A stretch of DNA of 64,000 bases from Eutreptiella sp. 'Long Island Sound 2002' (GCA_964036045.1 OZ038378.1:147126001-147190000), one strand, 5' to 3'. Positions 11,740 through 23,301 are shown, counted from the stretch's first letter. A program made the numbers and translations. Notes: a model not told the origin generated them from the sequence alone.

Positions 11740-12680
11740 TCAATCAAGAATGGGTGCCGGGCGAACAAATTGCTCCACATGTGCCCCACACTGCTGATTC
11801 TCTTCAGCTTTATTGCACCCTTGTGCATAGGGGGTCCCATTTGGAGGGCTGATGGGCGCATGCTCCTTTTACGGCGAGCACACCCAGAATGTCCTGATTG
11901 TTACCCCCGCCCAAAACGCCCCTGAGGAGAGCAAACACTTTGGCCACAAACATTGTATCAACACCCCTCCTTCCACCAAACATAGGGGGAATGTTTGCCC
12001 GGCGCACGCCCGGCGCATGCCCGGCGCGCCACCTTTGTATTAAGTATCTTATTCCTTGCCCCAGGCTTATCCTCCCCCAGGGAAGTCCCCCAAGTAGACC
12101 GCACTAGACCGCAAACCTTCTCTGCAAGGCACCTTGCATAAGCCGAGATATGAGAATTCAACCACACAAAATGTCACCCCCACCACTTCCAACCACCACC
12201 CTTGCCATTGTCATAAACTGGGTGCAAAGGATGGGCCAGATTCTTGGACACGGCGAGAAGGTACTCCAGATTGTTTGGTGAGGGGGGGGCAAAAACAGGC
12301 ACGGGCGGGGAATGGTCAAAAAAGGATGCCCAGCGCGCTAACGCTCCCCCATAGCACACTCAAGAGCACAATACAGTTGGCACCCATTGCGTTATCTTTG
12401 AAAGGGCCCAGGGCCTGTTATGGCCCTTCACAGTCCCAAATACGCAAATCTGCAGAGGTGCCCAGGGTGAGAAGACAAATCCAAACAAACACAACACCTT
12501 TCCAATGGATGCCACCAAAGAGCCGTGCCGCATGCACCGCATCAAGTGCTCCCCCAATGTAAAATCAATGTTGCGCAGATTTTCAACATGATCAACATTC
12601 ATGATTGAATTGCAAAAGAAATTAGTGGTTTGTGTGATATAGATGAAGCATTGCCTGACATGCAATCAATGCATTTGCAC
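11740..12680 (-). pseudogene. Degenerate PIF/Harbinger (DDE_Tnp_4-like) transposase interrupted by a MITE
   Basis: Frameshifted pieces WICLLTLGTSADLRIWDCEGP (~12420-12483) and AHVEQ/LFAR (~11755-11785) match WICPLAPGTSADVLIWDGYGP and RARIEQLFAR of the 18800-19111 fragment. Confidence 0.55.
11985..12350. mobile_element. Harbinger-like non-autonomous element, GGGGGA TIR, 3 bp TSD ATA
   Basis: ATA|GGGGGAATGTTTGCCCGGCGC ... GCGCGCTAACGCTCCCCC|ATA. The termini are shared with 18381-19158. Confidence 0.75.
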
Positions 12681-12978
12681 CACAACGCAAAATGGTATTG
12701 CTGTAGACAGCCTGAAAAACCACTGTTCCTGTGTCTCAAGGTGACGGTTCCCTCGCCCCTCCTAGGGAATTGCAAGGGCGATTACATTGCAACGGGGGGA
12801 AGGGGTGGCTGGTTGGTAGGGATCAAGGGTAACACAGATGCAGAAGGGAGGGAAGTGTGAGCGGAAAATGCGCTGGACTGCCACCGCACAGACCCCAGAA
12901 TTAAACACTGCCACCGCTCCTGTTGCCAATCATGCCCATTCACTGACAGGGGTCCTGCGAGGGACCATTGCTGCCGCA

Positions 12979-13662
12979 CTATAGGGTCAGGTGGAGGTGG
13001 AGGTGCGGGCAAGTGGAGGTGGAGCGATCGGCACCTGGGACAGCAGCTTGAGCTGCAGAGGACGCCGCCGCGCTGTCGCCGTCCGACTGGAAATGTTTGT
13101 GCATTTCCCGGAGCTCGGGCAGCTCTTTATACAAGACTTTGTACAGCTGTTGGGACAGTTCAATGCAAGGGGGATCGGTGCGCTGGAGATACAGCTTGTC
13201 CTGCAGGGGCAACTCCTCAAACAGTTTGGCAAAGTGTTGTGCTGTGGCCAGGGCATGTCCCCTAGGGTTCTGCCTTTCGGTGGCGGCATTGGCCTTGGTC
13301 CATTGTGCCACACCATCGATCGTGTCTTTAAACCGGCCGGCGCTCGACTGCATGAGGTCAGTGATGTTGCAGTACAAAACCCCCGGAACATATTCCTCGA
13401 ATCTTGCTTGAATGGCAGCGTCCTTGGCAATGCTGAATACCACGTAGGCCCTCTGATCGGAATTCAGGTCGTCGAGCTTTTCGAGACCCGCCTTGATCAT
13501 CTCATCAGGACCCGCTGGTTTCCCATCAGCCTCAGCCTCAGAAGGGGAAGGCCGGATGAGCTGCTGCAGTATGCAGTTCGCGCCAGCCAGGGTGACCACA
13601 TTGGAACGGACAGCATCCAGGAACGACGTGTCCAGTTCCCCTCGACCGGCAGCATCAGGCAT
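12979..13662 (-). CDS. Intronless hypothetical protein (~227 aa), paralogue of 7601-8200
   Basis: MPDAAGRGELDTSFLD...LNSDQRAYV...QARFEEYVPGV...VLYKELPELRE. A candidate acceptor CTTTAAG lies about 20 nt upstream of the ATG. Confidence 0.75.
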   Translation of the reverse strand: MPDAAGRGELDTSFLDAVRSNVVTLAGANCILQQLIRPSPSEAEADGKPAGPDEMIKAGLEKLDDLNSDQRAYVVFSIAKDAAIQARFEEYVPGVLYCNITDLMQSSAGRFKDTIDGVAQWTKANAATERQNPRGHALATAQHFAKLFEELPLQDKLYLQRTDPPCIELSQQLYKVLYKELPELREMHKHFQSDGDSAAASSAAQAAVPGADRSTSTCPHLHLHLTL

Positions 13663-15381
13663 GGTGGTGGTGGGGCGGACACTTAAAGCGCCAAAGGGCC
13701 GACCCGCTGAGTTCCTGGACAGCCTCCATGTGGACGCTGAGGTGCCAAGCCGCCAACACAGAGGGGACGCCGTGCAAAGGAAACGCACCGCACACGATGC
13801 TTTGGCGTTTAACATGGGAACCAGCAACAGTGCCTACAAATGAGTGAAGTGTGCATGCCACGTCTGGTCCACCAGCAACCACAGAATAACACGGAGAACG
13901 ACGTAAGAGGGGGTTGCGTGCTGTCATATGACCTCTGGTCAGAATCACTTGGTCAAGATCTCCCTCTCATTGGGGTCCCAGTGTGCATTCGGGCGTTTAC
14001 ATTGTTTTTCCCCCCACGGCCTTGGAACTTGCTGCCTTGCCCAAGGCCCAGCACATTCGCCCCCCCCCCCCCTCACTCCCGGACGCCACACTCATGGCAG
14101 GCAGGGCAACAGCACACAGGCAAAGACACAGGCACGGACGCCGCTGCCGTCTGGTCGCGTGACCACGTGGCTGCTGTGCCGGCCACACCCCGGCACCACC
14201 ACCACCAGAGAACACGACGGCACACCACAAAACAAACAAACACAAGGTGCCCTCCTCCCACCCCCTAGTCCAATCTAACCTCCAGTTTACTTCATAAACT
14301 TTAGTTTAGGCAGTGGCTGGGGTGGGATTTCCCCCAATGTGGGGCCCCACTCTTCCCTAGGCCGTTTGTGGTGGAAGAAAGGTTGTTGGCGTATTGTTTT
14401 TTTCTTTTGCTAACACCAGACTGAGTTGAGGCCATCCGGCCAATGGTGTACTTGGGCTGCCAGGCCCAGACTACATGTACAGCATGAATTGGGTTTTTGG
14501 TGGATTCTTCTGGTTGACGTCTCGTAGTAGTCAAGGGTAATCTGTTACGCATCTTGTGCCGTGCGCTCCCTGAGTACCCACTCGGATTGTTGGCCATACA
14601 CGAGGTTCTCAAACACTCCCCACAGCCCCTCAAGGTGGGGTCTACGCAATCAACAGTGCATGGTGTGATGAGCGTGCGACCACAGAATTTGGAGATCAAA
14701 GACCTTGTCGGGATTGCTGGAGTAGCATGGAGTAGCAGGTACGCGCATGTTGAAAGTGCTGTTCTGTGTGTGTTTGTAGTACGTGTGTGAGGGCTGTGTA
14801 CCTACGGTGGAGGCGCAATGCGTTTTTCACGTCTTCGTACTGGCCATGCACCACTTGTTCCGCTGCTTGGTTTTCGTGGTGTGTTGCTTCGTACAGTTTG
14901 TGTCGCCAGTTGCGTAGCAGTTGCAGGGGCATGTGGTCTTGGTGTTGATTGGCCATCAAGATGTTATGCCCGTTTCACCTCGATAGGTTGGTATAAATTG
15001 TCTTCAATGGCCTTATGCGCGCCATTATGTCTTCAGCCAAGTTGTTGCACTGCATGCATACTGCGCACGCAGAGGCCGGGATACTCACCCAAGAATACCT
15101 GTCACCTGTCTGGTAGCACGGCGAAGCAGCAAAGCCCACATGAGAACAACGAAACTGCCTTCAACTTGGTACTCCATTGTCCCTATGAACAACTCAGACT
15201 TGTAGAGTACAACTATGAAGGGGCATGCAAGATGCACACATGTTCAAGTGGCAAGTGCCACACTTGGATATATCACCAAGACGCACAATTGGCAACAAAC
15301 ACCATCATCATTTTCCTCCTCCTCAATGGTTGCCTCCTCTTGTGCCCACACAGACTCAGGCACATGAGGCCAAGGTCCATC

Positions 15382-16153
15382 CATACATGGCATTAGCGTC
15401 CGTTTCAACGGACGCTTACGGACGCACCCAAAAATCAAAACGGACGCAAACGGACGCACCCAAAAACTGAAACGGACGCAAACGGACGCACCCAATCTGG
15501 AAAAACATGTCATTGCTCACAACACACCACATGCCCTCACAACTTCTACAATATGCAGGGAAAGTCAAAACAAAAAAAAGCAAAAAAAAATTCGCGTGGT
15601 ACCCTTGACCTGCCTTCAGTCCTGCAGATTGACTCCACTAGGGTTTGAACTCAGCACCTTCAAGTTGCAGGGCACTGCTTTACCACTAGGGTAGGGCCCA
15701 TCTCTGACATACCTTTGCACAGCAGTGGTATTGATATTTGGTCCAGTTTGGTTTTCATCCACTATTGGGTTCTCCTAAAAAAACTGAGTATTTGGAGCAT
15801 AGACACATGGGGTGAAAACCCAATTTTTCACCCTCTACTAAGTCAAGCAAAATTTCCTTAGGGCGTCTTCGGCGCCCATGGTCCGGCACTTCCAGGCCAA
15901 AACCTGGCAGGGGGGGGGGGGGGGAGTCGGCGTAAAGGGTTGGACTAGCATGACACCCCCCCGTGGGTGTCATGCATCCAAAGCACTCTATGTGGCCGGC
16001 CATCATCCCTGCACAAACACACCCAAAAAGGAAAAACGGACGCAAACGGACGCACCCAAAAATCAAAACAGACGCGAACGGACGCACTCAGAACTCAAAA
16101 CGGACGCAAACGGACGAGTACCCATATCAAAACGGACGCTAATGCCATGTATG
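15382..16153. mobile_element. hAT-type non-autonomous element with 24 bp perfect TIR and 8 bp TSD
   Basis: GGTCCATC|CATACATGGCATTAGCGTCCGTTT ... AAACGGACGCTAATGCCATGTATG|GGTCCATC, with subterminal arrays of AAACGGACGC at both ends. Confidence 0.9.
15630..15700 (-). pseudogene. tRNA-derived (Cys-like) module inside the hAT element
   Basis: The minus strand reads TAGTGGTAAAGCAGTGCCCTGCAACTTGAAGGTGCTGAGTTCAAACCC: A and B boxes present, stems disrupted. Confidence 0.5.
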
Positions 16154-16162
16154 GGTCCATCG

Positions 16163-16290
16163 CATAGTGGGGAGAGTTCAATATGGCTACATCACCCCTA
16201 CCTTCTCGGAGTCCCCATAGTGGGAAGAGTTCAATATGGCCACATCACCCTTGCCTTCTCGGGGTCCCCATAGTGGGAAGAGTTCAAATG
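16163..16290. repeat. ~55 bp tandem repeat, about 2.3 copies
   Basis: CATAGTGGG.AGAGTTCAATATGGC.ACATCACCC.T.CCTTCTCGG.GTCCC is repeated. The core resembles a subterminal motif of the Harbinger-like elements. Confidence 0.8.
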
Positions 16291-17144
16291 CGGGATGGAA
16301 AATGGTAAAAGTGGGTGAAAATGGGTGAGAATTCAAATGTGCCACATCCCAAATGCATGGAAAGCTAGAAACACCCCAGTATGGAACCAAAAACTTGTCA
16401 ACGGGGGCCAAAAGTATGATCTGAGTACCCTCAACCCCCCTTGTCCACCCCCCCCAAGGGCGACGGTCCCCCCACCCCGGGGTGGGCTGTCACCAAGTGA
16501 CGGTCCCCCATGGGGCGGGGGGGCCTCAATTGGTCAGGTGTGGACCCGCCACTTAGCTCCAGCCGCGCCTGCCTCACGACCTTCATCGCCATCTCAGTTC
16601 CATGATTGTCCGTGTCACGCAGACAGTGCTGGCGGGGGGGGGGGGGGGGGGACACCAATCCTGAGTTGCCAATTCTAGTAGAACCCAACTAAAATTTTTC
16701 CTCGGCGCCTGTGATGTCCGATTGATTTCTTATCGCTCATGGGCCAAGTGACGGTCTCCCCCCCCCGGGGGGGGGGGGGGGGGGCTAGACAAGGGGGGGA
16801 GGGGGCTTGGACACGGGGGGGGGAGGGCATTTGCCGACATCCAAAACGTCGCACTGTGTGCACGGCATTCCCTTCTAACATGCAGGTATGTTGGTAGGCC
16901 TTAGTGACTGCCCGGAGGTGGTTCTTGGTATAATCCTCCATGTACAATGGCGGGTCCAACATGCACTCAATGCATGCAGGAGGCGCGGCCGTTTGCCCGG
17001 GGCTACCACAGCGGGCGAGTGGTTGAGTATGGTCTCAGTGATACATGCACCAACACACAGTGAATTCATTGCAATAGCAGGAACCACCTAGGCCACTGGG
17101 CTATCTAGCCCTGAATAAAACAATAAATAAATCTGTGTGACATA

Positions 17145-18115
17145 GGGGGAATCTTTGCACTGCGCGCGCACTGCGCGCTACTTTTAGACTATGTTCCCCC
17201 GGAAGAGCCCCCAAGCACACCCCTTGGAAACGCCCTTAGAATTAGGTGACCCAAACTGCCCCAGCTCAAGAAAGTTGCAAACCACCTTCCCTGAACATAA
17301 CACACATCATGCACATCTGGAAAGGCCATGAACAGCGCATTGGTCGCCACCCTCAAGAACACACAACTGTCTTTCTGGTCCATTGTCAACTAAGTACACA
17401 TTGAGAATACGCAACTTGTGTGCACAACATGACACATTTGCAGAATCAAAGAAATGTCACACTGTCACATGTGTGCGTGTTTGGATGATTTGAATTTAAA
17501 TTGCATTGTCTCATGTTCATATGTCTCTGCTTTATCAGCTGATGAGGACCTAAGCCGGGTCGAAACTAGTACATGTTCACTGAGATTGTATTGTGATTGT
17601 GTTGCTTGAGTTCAGCTGCAAGGGCATCATCGAAAACGAGAAGTTTTTTGATTCCCAAATTGCAAGGATTGGTTTTATTGGCAAAAGCAAGTGTCAAAAA
17701 CATCATTGTCCCGGTTTCCTCAATAGCACCGGAAGGTTGGGGCCCAAAAGAGGGCGGAAATGCTACGTCACCCCTGCATTCTCGGGGGTCCCCAAAAGAA
17801 GGGGAACAAAATCAGAAGTCAAAACCTAGGCCAAGGGTCACCATGATGCACCACGCAACAAAGCGTGGATTCAAAGATTGTCCCGGTTTCCTCAATAGCA
17901 CCGGAAGGTTGGGGGCCAAAAGAGGGCGGAAATGCTACACCACCCTTGCATTCTCGGGGGTCCCCAACAAAGGGGGACAAAATCAGAAGTCAAAACCTAC
18001 GCTACGGGTCACCATGATGCCCCTAGGGGCCCCTAGTATCACAAAGTATGGGTCTCTAGTACGGCCAGACGCCCAAATAGTTGCACTGCGCGCGCAGTGC
18101 GCTTAAGGCTCCCCC
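17145..18115. mobile_element. Harbinger-like non-autonomous element, TSD ATA, with internal ~172 bp tandem duplication (~17705-18020)
   Basis: ATA|GGGGGAATCTTTGCAC ... TTAAGGCTCCCCC|ATA. The left subterminal block is shared with 18381 and 22547; the right block is shared with 22547. Confidence 0.8.
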
Positions 18116-18380
18116 ATACAGTCAAGCTGGGAGTCAACACAGAAACCACCGTTCACACGGCAAACGATAGTTCTGGCAGGGGGCCGGTAGAAAAAAAAAA
18201 TCCTGGTACCACCGTGAGATTTTTTTTCGGGGGGTACCGCGGAAGGGGAGGGGAGTACGAAAAAAACTTTGTGCAAAAAATTTTTTCCGGGCCCAAAAAA
18301 ACTGAGATTTCTTGAAATCTATCCTACTCCTTTGAATTTGGAAAGTGCATTTTAGCCAATATGGGTGGTATTTGTGTTTA

Positions 18381-19158
18381 GGGGGAATGTTTGCCCGGCG
18401 CGCGCCCGGCGCGCTACTTTTAGACTATGTTCCCCCGAAGAGCCCCCAAGCACACCCCTTGGAAACGCCCTTAGAATTAGGTGACCCAAACTGCCCCAGC
18501 TCAAGAAAGTTGCAAACTGGGGTACACAGTACTACTCTCGCTCCTTTAAGGGCAATCTTGGTCAACACCTTAGCAAGTTGGGAGAATGGGGGGTTAGGAT
18601 AGCACAACCGCATCGATCTCCAGTGGGAGCGATAGGCGCTATTGAGGTATCGCGAACAGTAGAGCTGCATCATAACATTGGTCCCACAAGTATGGGTGTC
18701 AATACATTCAGTACAATAGTGCTCCTTACACTCATCACAAACTGCGACGGTGGAGCGTTCTGGCAACACAACACACACACTTCTGCCTCATCCTCTGCCT
18801 CATCTTGCGTGCCACAACCGAGCAAACAGCTGCTCAATGCGTGCCCTATACCACCCGTGCACGTCATTGCAACATCGTTGGCGGGCTGTCAAAGTGCCAT
18901 TCTTTCTTCCAATGAATGGCACAATGACATGAATCCGGCCCTTGTAAGCACCATCATGGCCCCCAACTTCGAAATCAAAGAAATCACCTCGGGCACGAGA
19001 AGGTCCATACCCATCCCAAATCAAAACATCTGCTGATGTCCCGGGGGCCAAGGGGCAAATCCATATAATGTTGCCCAACATATCAACGGCAACGGTCCAC
19101 CGGTAGGGCACGGGTCACAAAAGATGCCCGGGCGCGCCCGGCGCGCTAACGTTCCCCC
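18381..19158. mobile_element. Harbinger-like element carrying a transposase C-terminal fragment, a Cys-rich finger and an adenine-MTase-like fragment
   Basis: TTA|GGGGGAATGTT ... AACGTTCCCCC|TTA. Minus-strand 18800-19111 encodes VAVDMLG..PG..D..DGAYKG..P..LT..Q..N..H..RARIEQLF, a DDE_Tnp_4 pattern. Confidence 0.85.
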
Positions 19159-19388
19159 TTAAGGGCACCTTGCCACTGGCGCCCCACCCAGGCTGAACCA
19201 TGCCTTTTTTCGGAATGCCGCTCTCTGTGGCTGCATAACCCCTGCCCTCTTGGGGACCCAAAAGTGTGCGGAATTGCTACGTAACCCGTGCGTTCTCGGG
19301 AGTCCCGGGGAAAGGGGACAAAATCGCAACAAAAAAAAGGGGAAATAGTTTGCCTTTGTGTCCCGACCAATGTTGGAGTTCCTACACA

Positions 19389-19460
19389 TTGTCCGCAGCG
19401 GGATTTGAACCCAAGATGTTGCAAACACAGCACCACTACCTTTCCACTAAGGGACAAGCC
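19389..19460 (-). pseudogene. tRNA-derived (His-like) module
   Basis: The minus strand reads TAGTGGAAAGGTAGTGGTGCTGTGTTTGCAACATCTTGGGTTCAAATCCCG. The flank at 19505-19555 is homologous to 15755-15805. Confidence 0.45.
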
Positions 19461-19899
19461 AACTCTGCTAGGGGGAGGTCTTGATATAGGGTCCAATATA
19501 TTTTTCATCCATTATTGAGTTCTCCTGAAAAGTCTTGAGTATTTTGAGCATAGATTTCCCTCCTTGGGTTCTGGTCTCACAAGCACAACACAAACTCAGG
19601 CATGTGCTCCATCACTTGCCGGACCACGCAAATATAAAAATATTCTGAGATCAGATAAGGACATGCATGGGAAATCTGGCGGTTCCCTACCGTGAATCCC
19701 TGACCACATGGGGTGAAGAACCATTTTTTCACCCTCTACGGCATCAAGAAAATTTTTCTTATGGCGCCGACAGTCGGGTACTTCCCTGGGTTCTGCCTGC
19801 GAAAAAATTTTCCTAACAAGTGCAGTACCTTTTTTTCCGGGGGGTACCTCTGGAGCGGGGGGGGGGGGGGGGATTCGCCGGCCCCTTGGGTTCTGGTGA

Positions 19900-20430
19900 A
19901 CCATTGTGTGTTTTTCTGCATGCCTATTTGTTTGCCTGCCCGCTTGAGAGACTGCTTGACTGACAGCTTGTCCAATTGAGTGACTGATTGGTTGACTATC
20001 AGCCTAACCGACTAACTCTAGTTTGTCTCTCTTCCAGGTGCCTTGCCGTAGGCAATAGAATTTGGTTAACATTGTGTGGGTATGCCCGGTCTTACCGCTG
20101 TGAATCACACGGTTCACAGCAATGGTTTGGCTTTTTTTGGTGGCAGCCTACAACTACAAGCAGAAGAACAATGAGTGGTTGAGTGGTGGAACATTTGCTC
20201 GAAAAGCTCTAAGCGTGGGGCCAAAACATAAGTTCCTGGGGAAACTTTGTGTTCCAATCCCGGCTGGCGACTGCCGGCGCCGGTCAGTTAGTCCATCGGT
20301 TGTGTTACTCGACCATAGTTCAAATGCTTCATAGCACAAACTTTTGATACCCCCCCCCCGCACACCCACCCAGGGCTCAAAGTCAAAAAAAAAACCATGG
20401 GGGGATCGTTTTGTTCGGCAAAATAATCAC
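19900..20430. mobile_element. Rearranged family S pieces (inverted R1, then tRNA-like module and R2 start)
   Basis: Reverse complement of AATTCTATTGCC..GGCAAGGCACCT at ~20030-20065. GTGGTTGAGTGGTGGAACA...GTTCCAATCCCGG and AGCACAAACTTTTGA follow. Confidence 0.55.
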
Positions 20431-22546
20431 ATCCAATATAGAGGGATGCCCAAGATCACCTTTTTTTTTTACATCCGCCAGTCCTGCGTGCAGCCCCGGT
20501 CAGGGAGCAGAATCATGGCCACACCACGGTCCGTAATGGTTTGACATGTTTGTCTGGGGTGTTTGACAAAACGATCCAGCAGATTCCCACCCAACAGTGC
20601 TGCATCCAACCATCAGGGTATGCCTTTCAGCCACCTGGGACACACCGGGACTGCAACTTCACAAACCGATATCATCTTCTTTTTTCTGATCAAATTGGCC
20701 AAAACTGAGAGTTGCCAGGGCCCGTAGGGCAGGTTCACAAACCAATATCATCTCTCTCTGCTCCTCACCTCCCTCTTGCTCCTAAGCTCTGTCTGTTTCC
20801 TACCTAATCCTAAGCTCTGTTTCCTGACTCTTGTAGCTCGGCGTTACCCTCCCCCTCTAGTCATTGCGTGTCATGTTGGCGTCTCAGAAGCCTGTGTTGC
20901 TACCGTCTCCCTTTTTTTTTGCGCGCCTCTCTGGTGTCCCTCCAAACCACAGCCCAGAAACCTTCTTCTTGGTCTTTGTGGGATTACACTAAGGGGATGC
21001 TTAGGATTACAAAGGAAGTTACCGGGTCACGTGGGGGACTGTGCAAAGCCGCAATGGGTCAGGCTTGCTTCACTGCGATTGGCTCCAACCACACCTGCCT
21101 CCATGGCCTACATCACATCGCTCAGTGTTCCATTCCATGTCCTTAGCATGTTGACTGATAGACTTGTTCAGCCAGTGGTAGTCCGCCTGGCGATAGAGTC
21201 AAGGAACCTCCTCTGTGCCGTGCGCTGTGCCTGGTTTGCGGTGGCCTGGCGGGGAAGGAATTCCCAGGGGTGTTTGGATGCTTGCTGGTAATTCCTGGAT
21301 GCTGGATGTTCGCTCGTATGGAGGTATGCTTCTGTCCTTTGTCAGCACCTGTGCTTCGCACCAGAGACACTCAACCAAAGGCTGGGAATCTGGAATGCGG
21401 GATACAGAGCTGTCTGACCATTGTTTTCAGACACCAAGAGGGGGGGGGGGGGGGAAAGTGTGGTAAGAAATTGGCACGAATTCTTGAACACCATGGCAAC
21501 AAAAATTTTCCAGATTGTGGCATACGAACAAGCATACACCGCAAATGCTAACAGGGAAAAACTAGTGGGTTGAAGGTATGGGGTAGAATCCAATACTTCA
21601 ACAACGAGCTACCAGGGGAGCCCATTAGTACTGTGTAACACAGTTCAAAGCTTGAACACGGTGTGGTGCTGAACAAGATGCGGTGCTAAATTCTCTTGGA
21701 CGGAATGGGCGAAACTCGGTGCAGGCAAAATTTGGCAAGAAATCGTAAAAACAATCGCAAAATTTGGTACTATTCTGTGGTGCCAAATTTCGCCATTCCG
21801 GATTTCATGTATTCCAAATACCCCTCCCCCCCCTGTACCATGCATACAATTGATGAGAGCCCTCAGCATGGCACAACGCAGGCACAGGATACACGCAGGG
21901 CATTCAAAGGGGTCAACAGTGAGAGTGCGCCTGGCCTGGTAACGTCCCTCTGAACTTCACGGTAGAAGCATGAAACGTCATTCCATAGACCATGACACAA
22001 AACTTTAAAACTTGTTAGGCCTCTGCTGCCAACAAACAACAAGAAACCATGTAAACATGTCATGAATTTGAACTTTTGTCAGTATTTCTCTTTGGAATCT
22101 GAGAGATTGCGCAGACTGGATCCAAAGACCCCAACACATCAATAAAGGCAATGATTATATGGCTGGTAGCAGGTGGATGACCCCACTCCTGAGGTTTATG
22201 GAACACAATGTCAAGAGCACCCAAACCAAACCAAACCCCATCCAGAGGGGGGTTGGTGGGGCACACAAACCGTGCAGGGGCTCGTATTGCACTGTTGTGT
22301 TGTCTGTGTGATCGCATTGCATCGCATTGCAAACCCACTCCAGCTAAGGCCCTTGTGTCCCACAGCCCAGAAAGAAACTTAGAATGAGGCTGCAGGTCTC
22401 AAACAACACATGGTCCCGTGGTTGGGAATGTCTCTACTGCAATGCATACTGCCATGTTTCAGAACAAATCCATACGTACGCAACAGAAAATCAGTTCGGC
22501 TGAAAAGCATGGGTAGTCTACCTGTGTACACTGCAGATCATTCCAT

Positions 22547-23301
22547 GGGGGAGTCTTTGCACATCGCGCGCACTGCGCGCTACTTTTAGACTATGTTCCC
22601 CCCAAAGAGCCCCCAAGCACACCCCTTGGAAACGCCCTTAGAAATAAGTGACCCAAACTGCCCCAGCTCTTTCCGCCCATCGAATTTCAGCGACAACACC
22701 ATTCAAGCAAGAACGAACACGATGCACACTTGCCCACCAAGCCTCCTCAGAGCACCCTGTTGCTCCAGAGAGGAGATGAGCACACCTATGAGGTGGAGTG
22801 TGCTTGAGGAAGAAAAAGAAGCGGAACAAATGTTCGCGTGGAAGTAAATCATCATGCCCATACTTTAGCCAAAACTCCTCGGCAGAGTGGGCATCAATAC
22901 CCATATAACTGATTTGCATCCTTAAGGACCGAGTTCCGCCACAACGCTTAATCCACCACTCAACACCATCTTTTTGCAGGTCAAGAGGGTGAGCTCCGGT
23001 GCTTTTCTCATGTACATGGAGCAACATCTCCAGGATCTTGCCTTCCGTTTGTTTGTTCATTTTTGCCACCTCCTCCTTGGTGAATGTCCAAGGTTCATCG
23101 GGTCAACCCTGCATTCTCAGGGGTCCCCAAACAACGGGGGACAAAATCAGAAGTCAAAACCTCCGCTAGGGGTCACCATGATGCCCCTAGGGGCCCCTAG
23201 TATCTCAAAGTATGGGTCTCTAGTACGGCTAGACGCCCAAATAGTTGCACTGCGCGCGCACTGCGCGCACACTGCGCGCGCACTGCGCTTGAGGCGCCCC
23301 C
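22547..23301. mobile_element. Harbinger-like element carrying a transposase N-terminal fragment (22670-23069, minus)
   Basis: GGGGGAGTC ... GGCGCCCCC with CAT/ATG flanks. The cargo encodes EHLFRFFFFLKHTP...G.SEEAWWASV...EIRWAER, resembling the HTH region of Harbinger/ISL2EU-type transposases. Confidence 0.7.

Noticed and set aside
14300-15380. Possible decayed retroelement coding sequence; similar impressions at 21900-22400, 23340-23900 and 61300-62350
   Set aside because: Protein-like stretches, but no diagnostic motif could be identified by eye.
4385-16290. CRISPR-like interpretation of the 81 bp and 55 bp repeats
   Set aside because: The units are contiguous diverged tandem copies without unique spacers, the context is eukaryotic, and there are no cas genes.
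17189-17389. DVCYVQG as a RabGAP-TBC fragment
   Set aside because: The motif is too short and the ORF runs into the transposon subterminal repeat.
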